Shown here in pieces: positions 1-12,200 of a stretch of DNA of 64,000 bases. A model generated the notes under the pieces. The model was not told the origin of the DNA and searched no databases. It worked only from the letters and a program-made list of their open reading frames with translations. The position numbers and the translations under genes were made by a program. Source of the stretch: Schmidtea polychroa (taxonomy: Eukaryota); assembly GCA_044892525.1 (NCBI GenBank), contig CM097885.1, forward strand, positions 13,394,001 through 13,458,000. Direction: 5' to 3'. Numbering within the stretch: the first letter of the stretch is position 1; each line of letters starts with the position of its first letter.

Positions 1-161
1 AATAAAATAAATAAAATTATATACAATCGTATAAAATGTATAAAATAGAATAAAGTAGTATAAAATACAATAAAATAGTTAGGAACAACTGATTTGAATT
101 AATGTGAAAATTAATTTTAAACATTTAACAAATAAAAATTATTTCCTTATGTGATTATTAG

Positions 162-370
162 AAGTCTAAGCATATAGAAGTAAAAGTATATTTACAAAGT
201 TTCTCACAATGTTCCATTGAATTCAGGCTAAACAATTTCAGAAGGTTTCCACCAAGCTATCAAGGAAGAATTGTATCCGGAAATATTCATTATGCATAAT
301 TATTCTAGCTGGACTGACAATTCTCATTGTATTCATTATAATAATTTTTTCCATTATGTTTGATATATGA
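162..370 (+). CDS. 3' end of a probable VAMP/synaptobrevin-family R-SNARE (terminal exon 227-370; possible 24-nt exon 162-185)
   Basis: After acceptor TTCAG (226) the frame reads AKQFQKVSTKLSRKNCIRKYSLCIIILAGLTILIVFIIIIFSIMFDI*. This fits the A-x-x-F...KL-x-RK SNARE end followed by a C-terminal TM anchor. The upstream AG..GT-bounded 162-185 adds KSKHIEVK in phase across a 41-nt intron. Confidence 0.6.
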
Positions 371-828
371 ATGACAATTATTATATATGCCAATCACAAA
401 GGTTGTCCATGGAGTTCTTGATAAATTTTATGAATAATAATCATTCAACCTTTATTAGTGGATTTTATATTTATTTTCATTATTTATTTTCCTTTTATTA
501 TATAATTAAACGTTATGAAATATATAATACATTTTGACTCTTCTCAGAATTTTAAATAATATAAATGTATAATTTGTGATGCATAAATTTTCCATTTAAA
601 TTAACAAAAAGTCCCGATTCATTTTAAAATCATATAAATTTTACATAAATTTAATTTTACATAATCAATAACAAATATTTATTTACACAAATATTTATTA
701 ATATTTTTAATTTTTTATTTTATTTATAATTTTCATTAATTTAATAAAAACTTTTATTTGTTTTATTAGGTTAATTTCAAAATTTCATAAATGTTTATAA
801 AATAAAATTTAGAAATTTGTTTGTTTAA

Positions 829-1059
829 CCCTTTTCTATCTTGTGTCTATAAAAATATGACAAAAAAAATTAACCATTCTATCCTCTGTCTATAAAATAA
901 TGACATTATTTTTGTATAGTTTATTTCCCATGCACTGTCGATTATATTATGACCAACTGTTTATAGAGCGATAGGCTGTAGGCTGTCTGTATGTCTAGAT
1001 GATGAATTTTATTAGGATTGGAACGGGCGGACACATAAAATAAAGAAGATAGGAAAGGG
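829..1059. mobile_element. piggyBac-type MITE
   Basis: TTAA on both sides (825-828, 1060-1063); 14-bp TIRs CCCTTTTCTATCTT / AAGATAGGAAAGGG with one mismatch. Confidence 0.8.
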
Positions 1060-1773
1060 TTAAATATAATTTAATTTTTAGAAATGAACTTTAAATTCTT
1101 TGAATATTTTCAGTAACTACATTAAATAAATGTGAAAATTTAATTAATAAATAAAAGAATTTTGTTTTAAATTGACAAAACATTAACCCGCTAGTATTTA
1201 AAAAAATTTATATTTTATATTTGTTTGTTTTAAAATAATCTACGAACTTGGACTGTTAAAATATATTTATAAAAGTAAGTTATAATAATAATTCTTACAA
1301 TTCTGGCGCTATTTTATATCTTTGGGTTTTTTTATTTTGTTATAAAATTAAAAGCAAAATAATTTCTGACAATTATTTTGTTTTATTAAAAACAAGGTAT
1401 AATTAACTTCTCCCTTACTAATTTGAGAATTCGGTGCACTCTCGCTCTCTGTAAGGTCCTAAATATAACCATGAATTAAATATAAAATTATCCATGTCTA
1501 ATTTCAATTTGCTGCAATATAACTAAAAATAGGTTGAAATTATTTTACTGTTCTAAAATTATTTCCTGATCATATTCTGATAAATATAATAATGTGAAGC
1601 AAAAATAATGTATTTGAACAACACAAAGCCTCTTCAAATAGTAAACAAAAATCGCTAAAAGATGAAACTCATCTTGGATAGATCTTCATTAGGTGAGTCG
1701 TATATGATCTCATTCATATAGTCTATTATGTCCTTACCCCCCCCCTCTAACCGATAAATTTATGAAATAAACC

Positions 1774-2368
<595 letters not shown>

Positions 2369-3260
2369 TTGCTGGCATCAGTATCTAAAATGAACTCCTT
2401 TCTCAGATCCGGAAAGCATAGGATCGGTGCCATTGTGAGTGCTATCTTCAATCCCTCGAATACGTTATTTGTTTCTTCAGTCCATTTCAGTTTTTTGTTA
2501 TTCGGACCGCTACATAATTGTTCTAACATCCTTACTTTCTTTGCATACTCACTAATGAATCTTCTATAATAATTGCAAATGCCTAGAAAGCTTCGAAGTT
2601 TCTTTACGCAACTGGCTTCCCAAAGTTTTGTATAGCCTGAATCTTAGAAGGATCGGTCTGTATTCCTTCTTTACTGATTATGTGTCCTAAGAATCTGATT
2701 TCTTTCTGTATTATTTGACACTTTTCTGGGTTAATATTTAGTCCTGCTTTCTCGCTCGCTTTTAATACTTCACTGAGTATTGTATAATGGTTTTCTTTAC
2801 TACTCGAATAAATCAGAATATCATCCAAATACACCATTGCTCCATTTATTTTGCATATTACCTTTGTCATCATTTCCTGGAACGTACATGGTGCTGCAGC
2901 AATTCCGAACGCCATACTTTTGATACAGTATTGCCCTTTCTTTGTTGAGAAGGCTGTTTTCTCTTGCGCTTCTGTATCTAACTCCACTTGGTTATATGCA
3001 TTACCAAGTTCGATTGACCTAAAAAACGGATCTTCCTAACAAATCTAAATTCTCGTCTATGCTTGGCATTGGAAATGCCTGCCTCTCTGTTACTGTGTTC
3101 AGCTGTCTGAAATCCAAGCATAGCCTAATATCTCTTTTCTCTTTTTTCCATACGCAAATTAACGGCGTGTTCCATGGGGAGTTGCATTTCCGTATAATCC
3201 CGTTTTCGTACAAATTTTGTATTGCTTCTTCAATTTTTGTTTTCAAATTTAATGGTTGAC
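2369..3260 (-). pseudogene. Ty3/Gypsy pol fragment (RT and start of RNase H), frameshifted and split by a hAT insertion
   Basis: SPWNTPLICVWKK, RLCLDFRQLN, MAFGIAAAPCTFQ, YLDDILI, FLGHIIS, FILDTDAS motifs across ORFs 3019-3246, 2604-2987, 2311-2529. Confidence 0.93.
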
Positions 3261-3459
3261 CGTCGGATTAAGCTGCAATTCAAACTGGGGCCTGGTCCAG
3301 TCCAGCGTCCATATAAAATGATGCTAGCAGCTAATGTAAGACTGTAACTTGCAAAGAGTTAAAAAAATTAAATTGAAGTAAATTTAATTTATATAAAGTT
3401 AAATGAATTCACACTTCATTAAAATATTTATTATTAGACTATATATTTCAATCTAGAAC

Positions 3460-4924
3460 CTACGCTTGCAAACTTTTCTCATGGCGAAGTTATCAGTTAT
3501 GTCAGTAAAGCTAAGTGAGCTTACAATTTCACTTTCGATGCTCATTAGAGACAGCAGACTCAGTCTTTATCGTCCCATGCAACTTCTAACTTCATTTTTT
3601 ATTCTTCTCAACATTGAAAATGATCTTTCTCCGCTGCAGTTTGATGTCATCATTGAGAGATAGATGCGAAGTGCGATGTGAACATTCGGGAAGGACTGTG
3701 TAAAATTTAGGTCATTCAAAAACAGCAACATCTTTAGCTCTGTGCATGTGTTTTGAGGTTCGCATTGTGCTTCTTCCTGTCCTTGACCCTGGCCCTGGGG
3801 CTGGACAATAACTATCTTGAAGAGCTCGGAAAATTGAACTAACTCTGAAGGCAAGCAGTCTTAGAAAATACTTGAATATTCTTCCATTAACTTGGCTACT
3901 GCCTCTCGGATGGTATCATTGCTGAGCTCAGTTAGGTTTGTAAGAAAGCCAAAGTTCTCATGGATGTCTTCATATGCGTCTAACCGATGTTGGAGAGCTG
4001 AAGAGAGTTTGTCAATGATTACCAAAAATACCTCAACCTTGAATTTTTGTCACGGTGAAAATACTGTTTCAGCTGATGGCCCTTCATCAAACTGACACTT
4101 TCTCTTTTGTGATCGTATTGAAGATTGTTTATACTCTTTCTCCACAGACTGTTGCTTTCCTTTTTCTTCGTAAGAATCAAATTCAGAACCCTGTCTTTTA
4201 ACAAACTCAAGGAGAGATTTCAACAAATGGATGGCTGAATTCAAAGATAGTCCTCGTTCTTGAAGGAAAATATTCGTTTTCTGAAATCTTTCTAAAATTG
4301 TGTCCCAAATTTCAAGTAAAACAGAGACTTCCAGTTGTTCAAGATTTTTCCGAAATCCTTCTGCTTCAAGTAAATTGTCACGCAACTGATTTTTGTCAGT
4401 TGCCAATTCTTCCAGTGATGCAATATTCTCATTGTATGATTTATTAAAAGACCTAAAAGCATCATGTCTGTCTGACCATCTTGTGTCAGACAAGGCTTTG
4501 TTAACAAGTAACCTTTTAGGTGTTTTTGATGTGCCTGCCAACGATGAGTAGATGCAACAAGCCAGGTATAAAGATTTTGCAAAAGGCAAAAACACCTTCT
4601 GCTGCATTTTCCCCAAACAAATTGAGGGAATGAGCCGTGCACAGGCTGTGGAGAAGCAGACTCAGTATTCATGACTTCAGTGTTCACTGAATTCTCTTCA
4701 TAATTTGTTTTTGGAGCAATAGAAGGCTGATCCTCACCAATGTCTCTCACATTCGTCGTACACGTAGTCGGAATCGTAGTTGGCTTGCAGAAGAATGCAA
4801 TTTTATTAGTTTTTTCAGCTAACTCCTTTTCTCTTTTTTTCTTTTTTAATGAAGCTGCACGCTTTTGTGTGCCACTGGGACATGAACGTTGCATGACTAT
4901 AATTATTTTCTGAAATAAAAACAA
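3460..4924 (-). pseudogene. hAT transposase remnant (ZMYM1-like / Tip100-type) with C-terminal dimerisation domain
   Basis: LSDTRWS motif and SFPNVHIALRIYLSMMTSNCSGERSFSMLRRIKNEVRS; broken over several frames. Confidence 0.9.
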
Positions 4925-5454
4925 ATTTTAGACAACGATATATTTTTAATTTATATAATATATTGATATATTTTTATATATATAAGGCTATATAAATAAT
5001 ATAAAAAAATTTCATGATAAATTTATATACTAATATACTGTAACTGTACTATAATTTTACTTTTAGGGACATATTTAGATGAAGGCTGTTTTTGTTAATT
5101 TTTATAAATATATAATTGTATACATTTTCTATATATACACCTTGTTAAGTCTCGTAGGTATTTTCTTCCTATTTATTATTCCACCACGTAATTTCCTCCT
5201 GTGTCCATACGTCTCCAACAGACCTTTTGCTCGGCTCTGTTATCTAGAACGGTTGTTGTGGTAACACTGATATTACGTCAATTATTCTTAGTTATCCAAT
5301 AGTTTGTTCTAAGATGGATGTTTTTAAGTCAGCTAAAAGTCCATCGTTTTTAAAACCTACTGTAATAACACAGTAATCAACATAAGTAGTATGATGTGAG
5401 CTCCCCAGAACATGAGCTCCCCGCGACACATATACCCCCCCCCCGGGAAAAAAA

Positions 5455-6640
5455 AATTTTTAGAACGATGCCACATATTTTTAGAACTATTACGTAATCA
5501 ATGCCTAATATTTTTAGAACGATGCCTAATATTTTTAGAACTATTACGTAATTTTTTTAAATTAATTGGCCGGGCGGTGACCTACTTTTTTTCTTCCCAA
5601 AAATTAATGTTCCCACCAACAGATTTTATTGAACGATACCTCATCTTAAACCTCAGTCCAAGACCTTTCGAATGAGCTATAGGTATTTTATATATCTTTA
5701 ATAGTTTTAATGTTATTAACAATTGATGACCATCATCTTTTCAACGTTAAATTATTATTATTATTCAAAATATTATTAATTGGCCCAGCGGTGACCTACT
5801 TTTTTTCATCCCAAAAATTAATGTTCCCACCAACAGATTTTATTGGACGATACCTCATCTTAAAGCATAGTCCAAGACCTTTCAAATGAGCTATTGAAGG
5901 TATCATCATCATTAATATTAACAAAGAGAATGACTCACTCAACGATGCCTATTATTTTTAGAATGGTACCTATTATTTTTAGAACGATGCCTAATATTTT
6001 TAGAATGATTACGTCATAATTTTAGAACGATGCATAATATTTTTAGAATGATTACGTCATAATTTTAGAACGATGCCTAATATTTTTAGAACGATGCCTA
6101 ATATTTTTAGAATGATGCCTAATATTTTTAGAATGATTACGTCATAATTTTAGAATGATGCCTAATATTTTTAGAACGATGCCTAATATTTTTAGAACGA
6201 TGCCTAATATTTTTAGAACGATGCCTAATATTTTTAGAACGATGCCTATTATTTTTAGAATGATGCCTAATATTTTTAGAATGATTACGTCATAATTTTA
6301 GAATGATGCCTAATATTTTTAGAACGATGCCTATTATTTTTAGAATGATGCCTAATATTTTTAGAATGATTACGTCATAATTTTAGAACGATGCCAAATA
6401 TTTTTAGAACGATGCCTAATATTTTTAGAACGATGCCTCTTATTTTTAGAATGATTACGTCTTACTTTTAGAACGATGCCTAATATTTTTAGAACGATGA
6501 CTCATACAATGACTCATCACATTTTTAGAACGATGACTCATACGATGACTCATCATATTTTTAGAACTAATATTTTTAGAACGATGCCACATATTTTAGA
6601 ACTATTACGTAATCGAAGCCTAATATTTTTAGAACTAATA
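5455..6640. repeat. Subterminal tandem array of ~20-21-bp units (mirrored at about 18120-19330)
   Basis: Units TTTTTAGAACGATGCCTAATA interspersed with TTTTAGAATGATTACGTCATAA; a ~110-bp direct repeat at about 5565-5680 and 5780-5895. Confidence 0.92.
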
Positions 6641-6856
6641 ATTTTGTTTTAATTATCGATTACATAATAATTTAATTTTGTTTAAATCGTTGATTATATA
6701 ATTTGTTTAAATCATTGATTATATAATTTTTTGTTTTAATTATCGAATACGTAATAATATAATTTGTTTAAATCGTTGATTACATATTATTATTTTTTAA
6801 TTTTCAATATTTTCTTTTAAAATATTAACGCCCGTGTGGAAGATGTTATTTTCAAA

Positions 6857-6913
<57 letters not shown>

Positions 6914-7427
6914 TGCAATTATTCATAAAACTTAATTTCTACATCACTTTCATGATTTTCAACATTTTCATCATTTGCATGAATATTTTAATATTTTTCA
7001 ATATTTTTCAATATTTCTTTATTATTATTAAATTATTATTTTTACAGTTATTTTGAAAGTTTTTCATCTTATTATTATTATTAATATTTTCAAAGTTATT
7101 TTCAAAGAATTATTATTATTATTTGCAAAGTTCTAATTATTATTTTTTTTTAGAAGTTTCATTATTATTATTTACTTACATATTCATAAAACTTAATTTC
7201 TACGTCAATTTCAGGATTTTCAACATTTTCATCATTTGCATTTTTTAATAATTATCAATTTTTTCATAATTTTCTACATTTTCAATATTTTCACGATTTT
7301 CAACATTTTCATGATTATTTCAGGAACTTTTTCATCAAATATTGTTCAAAGTATTATTTTCAAAGAATTATTTTCAAAGTTTTAATCAATATTATTATTA
7401 TTAATATTATTATTATGATTATTATTA

Positions 7428-7514
7428 TATATACTCCGAGTTTATCCGACAAGATATTCTGTCCCCCTATGGGTATTGCTCACAAGGGTACTACTCACAT
7501 TCAACATGTCGCAA
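7428..7514. repeat. 87-bp dispersed internal module, copy 1 (others 7871-7957, 9952-10038, inverted partial 11741-11839; all mirrored in the right arm)
   Basis: TATATACTCC(G/T)AGTTTATCCGACAA(G/A)ATATTCTGTCCCCCTATGGGTATTGCT...CAACATGTCGCAA. Confidence 0.9.
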
Positions 7515-7536
7515 ATTATTTTCAAATACAATTTCA

Positions 7537-7585
<49 letters not shown>

Positions 7586-8940
7586 GCAAATATTAGTCAA
7601 AAACATAAAATATTTTTACACATACACACACAACCCATTAACAATTATTATTATCAATATTAGTGAAAACCTAAATATTTTTTATACAACCCATTAAACT
7701 TTATTATTATTATTATAATTAGTCAAAAACATAAAATATTATTTACACCCTAAGTTATGGGGTAGAGAATTATTATATGTTTGCAATATTCTGTGTTTGC
7801 CTTTACACGAAGTTGACAATAATTTTACACACACACATTCTATATACACATACCTTGTTTAACATGGGTGTATATACTCCTAGTCTATCCGACAAAATAT
7901 TCTGTCCCCCTATGGGTATTGCTCATATGGGTACTAGTCACACTCAACATGTCGCAAGGGTTTTCGAGTTTAAAGCATATTATGGTTTATTAAGGTTAGT
8001 AAATAAAACTTATAACACCTACTATTTTTAATAATATTTAAACGATAAAAATCAAGACAAGAGAGGACAAGGCAAAGTTTATGCATTTAGTATTGCCAGG
8101 CCTAATGAGCAGTGACCAAATATCTGTGCCTGAAAGACACGGTGGATATTTGTTCGCGTCCACAAGGGTCGTCTGTGCCTCCCCCAAGTGGGGTCAGAAG
8201 AACCTGGGCATTATAGCTTTCCGTACGGAACATTACGCCTAGCATGGGTAGTCAACTACCAGCACATTCGAAACGTATAATTTCAAAATACATGCGTCAT
8301 TGGCACTATAACCAAATTAATTAATGTTTTCACTAACACAAATATATATTTACAGAGGCCTCCCACTAGTTAGATTACAACCGCCCACCACGACGATCAG
8401 CTTGTAAATATATATTAATTAAGGGATAAAGAGGACCCACCCAACCCTATTATATTTAATTTACAAATTTTTCTCGCTCTTCTGCTGGTAATCTATCTCA
8501 AAATTATCATCTCCATCAGGCCATTTGGAATACATCTTGCAAATTGGACGTATTTCTTAGTTTCTGATGCGGTGTCAACTATCATTGCTAAAATTTAAAA
8601 GCCATTAACTTACAGATGTTATTTATCATTTTATCGTCAGAAATTAAATTCTACCTGACTATTAGGCAACTGTTATTTGTGGTATACTTTTTCAATGACA
8701 TTTCCCAACATAAAACACAGATACCTAAATATAATATATTTATTTTAAAGAATTAATTCATGTCTTACATTATTAATAATATTCTTCAGGTGTAACGAAT
8801 ATTTTACAATATCTAATTGTTAAAACATCGGTTTTCCCATTTTTCTTGACATTCGTTGAAAGAAAGTTTACATAATTTAAGTCTGATAAGTAAACATTCA
8901 TGTTGAAGGACACCTACAATCAGCTAATTCATTTAAAAAA

Positions 8941-9205
8941 TCCAGAACATAACTCCTTTAGTGTTTCACCATTTTATCTGGTTCATCTTCCTCATAATCA
9001 TATAATTCATGTTTTAATAAGAAATCTCTAAATCTAAAAACTATAACTCCTTTAGTGTTTCACCATTTTGTCTGGTTCATCTTCTTCATAATCATATAAT
9101 TCATGTTTTAATAAGAAATCTCTAAATCCAGAACATAAGTCTTTTAGTGTTTCACCATTTTGTCTGACTCATCTTCTTCATAATCATATAATTCATTTTC
9201 TTCAT
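8941..9205 (-). repeat. Three ~92-94-bp tandem units with acidic coding-like content (mirrored at about 15545-15810)
   Basis: Each unit reads ELYDYEEDE(P/S)DKM in one frame; the frame is not maintained between units. Confidence 0.8.
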
Positions 9206-12200
9206 TACTAAGTAAAATAATTAAAATATTGTAGTAAATTCTTTATTTACTTACTTTATGGATACTAAAACGAAAGAAATAAAGTTATATCATAATTATA
9301 TTTAATTAATTTAAATTTAAATAATTTAAATTTAGTATTTAAACATATTTAAACAATTTAGTTATTTAAGCATATTTAAACATTATTATATAGTATTTAT
9401 AAAATATTATAATATTATAATTTTATGTATTCTAAATTTATTAATAAATACAGTATAATTTTATATAATATTATAATATTATGTACACTTATATATCCTT
9501 CATTTAATTTTTTAAATTCAAAAATTTATAATGAAGATTTTTTGAATTAAAAAATATTCTGTTAGTATTTCCATGCAGAAAACAACGAATTCAATAATTA
9601 AAATCTTAATTTTCATGTTGTTAGGGTTGTGGCCAGAAGTTAATCGCCATCTAATCGTTTGTTCTCAATTTCGCTCATTTTTGTTCAAAACATTCAGGAG
9701 AGTTGTTATCTGGAAAGTTTCTTTTAGCTCAGCTTTCTTTAAACACTCACGGCATTCTTGAAAGATGTGACACTGGAAATAAATTAACAATGGGTGGTCT
9801 TGCATACATGTTGTTGGTTTGAACTGTTGATTTATTTTAGAAATATGTATATTAAAAACATTTAAGGTATCATTCAGTAAAATAATATAGTATTTTTGAG
9901 TATTTTTTAGTTGATTTATAAATAACAGTATTTTGATATATCAATAAAGACCATATACTCCTAGTTTATCCGACAAAATATTCTGTCCCCCTATGGGTAT
10001 TGCTAGCAAGGGTACTGGTCACATTCAACATGTCGCAAGGGTATATTAATCATTTAGAAATTCTTAGGTAATTTAGTGAGATGATCGTGAATATTTTAAA
10101 TGTAACTTTACACTTATGTCGAGCGACTAATTTATTGGTTAACTTTGTAGTCATTTAAAGCAAAAATTAATTTATTCATCTAATGTTCGTTACAATAGTT
10201 AATAATATGAGAAAACATGGTCATTATTCATTGATAATTTTAAATTCTTTATCATTTGGAGTAAATTTGTTTGAGGCAAAAATATTTAAAGGAGTCATAA
10301 TAGAAATATGGTTATCATTTATCCAATTAAGGGGCTTATTAGTTAAAAATATATATTCATATAGGGTTACAATTATTTTCTAATTTAATTATATGATCAT
10401 TGGGCGTAGTATATCTTTGCGAGAAATTTAAGATGTTTGAGTAACCAAAACATGGATATTTTGTACGATAAATTTATGAATATTGGTTAATTTAGTCATT
10501 TAAAATAATATTTAGCAAAGGTAATTTGGCAAAATATCATTTATCCATCCGATAACAATATTCCTTCAATAGATATTCAACCGATTTAATTTCTAATTAA
10601 AATCATAAAATTTCTTCAATAAAGATCAATTTTCTTTAGCTGTTGTCGATTTCCAACTTTTAAGTCAATATTTCTCAAGTTTTGTCACTGATGTCCCCAC
10701 AATGAATAAAATAACTTCTTAAGTAAAATAATTTAAAGCAATAACCTTTGATATCAATTAATTCTAAAGATTTCAAATATTTCATTGTGAAAACCAAGTA
10801 AATTGATCATTAACCCTAAACGACTTAATAAAACAGTGGATAATTAATAAAAAACTGGTTCTAAAACATAAATCTAAATTACTGTGCAATAACATTCATC
10901 ACAACCTAATAAACCTCTAAAACGATATAATTTCACAGGAACTATTATTAATTCATAGCTAAATACTGACTATTTCCCTTTAAAATTTACCAATAAGAAC
11001 ATTGTCGATTTAAATAGAGATTTCAAAAATTTCCACCTTAACCGATCCCTCACCAAATATTTCTATCATTTTAAACACCTTAAAAATCATCTATTACCAT
11101 CTTAACCAACCGACTTTAATATATCAGACCTTTAATATATCAATTCTCTTAAAATCCATAGAAAATTCTTCAAAATATGAATTTTATTTAATTGTTACAG
11201 ACATCCTTCCATTGAAATAATTTAGTATCTAAATTCATGTAGTAAGAGCCCATTAAAAAATCAAAATTTACTAAAATCAATATTTTCTACAAATATTTCA
11301 CCACATTTACCATCAAATACCTAACTAGAGATGAAATATATCGATTGATCATAATTCTTCATCGATTCAGCTAATTATATAGCAATTATAACGTGATATA
11401 TCTTTCAAAATCACAAATTTCAGTATATTTTACAATAATTTTTACAAAAATTAAATAATAATAACTTGATTATTGTAAAAACTCTAATTATTAACCTAAC
11501 TGTCATTAAAAATATTTTTATTTAAAAGTAAATTTAAAAACAAGTCAATAAAATATAGCAAATTATCAAGAAATTAATTAAATTTGTCTTAGAATTAACA
11601 CTAAAACGTTAAATTTCAAAATATTCTTTCAATTATTCACAAAAAGGTTAGTAATAATGTTAGTAAAATCCCGCTAACTCTAAAAATTACCAATGAATTT
11701 AATGCTAAATAATAACCAAAAATTTGCCTAAATAAAACACACCAGTACCTTTACGACCAGTACCCTTACGAGCAGTACCAATTGTGAACAGTACCCATAG
11801 AGGGAGAAAATATCTTGTCGGATAAACTCAGAGTATATATAATAAAACGAATTAACAATAACTCCATCAAATTAAATCAGTCAAATTAACACAAATTTTG
11901 ATAAAAAATCTTATTCTAAAATGGTAAGAAGCGTAAAGTCGAAAGATAATTTTAATAACACAGAGATAAATTAACAATATTATTCTCAGGTGGTAAGAAT
12001 CTTCATTAAAGTTAGGAAATTATAAGAACTACCAATTGCTATAAAATATTTAAACGAATTTAGTTTTATTGTTTTATAACTTTCGGTTATATTTGAGTGA
12101 GTTTTCGATTGTCCCTTTTAACTTTCAGTGCTCATTTTCATTAAAAAGAGTAATGTATCTTAAATTATCTTTTAGAATATTTGTTTTTGAAAATGAAATA

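Noticed and set aside
1400..1740. Possible minus-strand exons
   Set aside because: Short AG/GT-bounded stretches with no recognisable product or consistent frame.
8101..8275. Hammerhead in the GC island (CTAATGAG...CGAAAC)
   Set aside because: The core has A at G5, the two halves are about 160 nt apart, and no supporting stems were found.
7428..10038. 87-bp modules as a CRISPR array
   Set aside because: Repeats are too long and the intervening segments are 0.35-2 kb and irregular.
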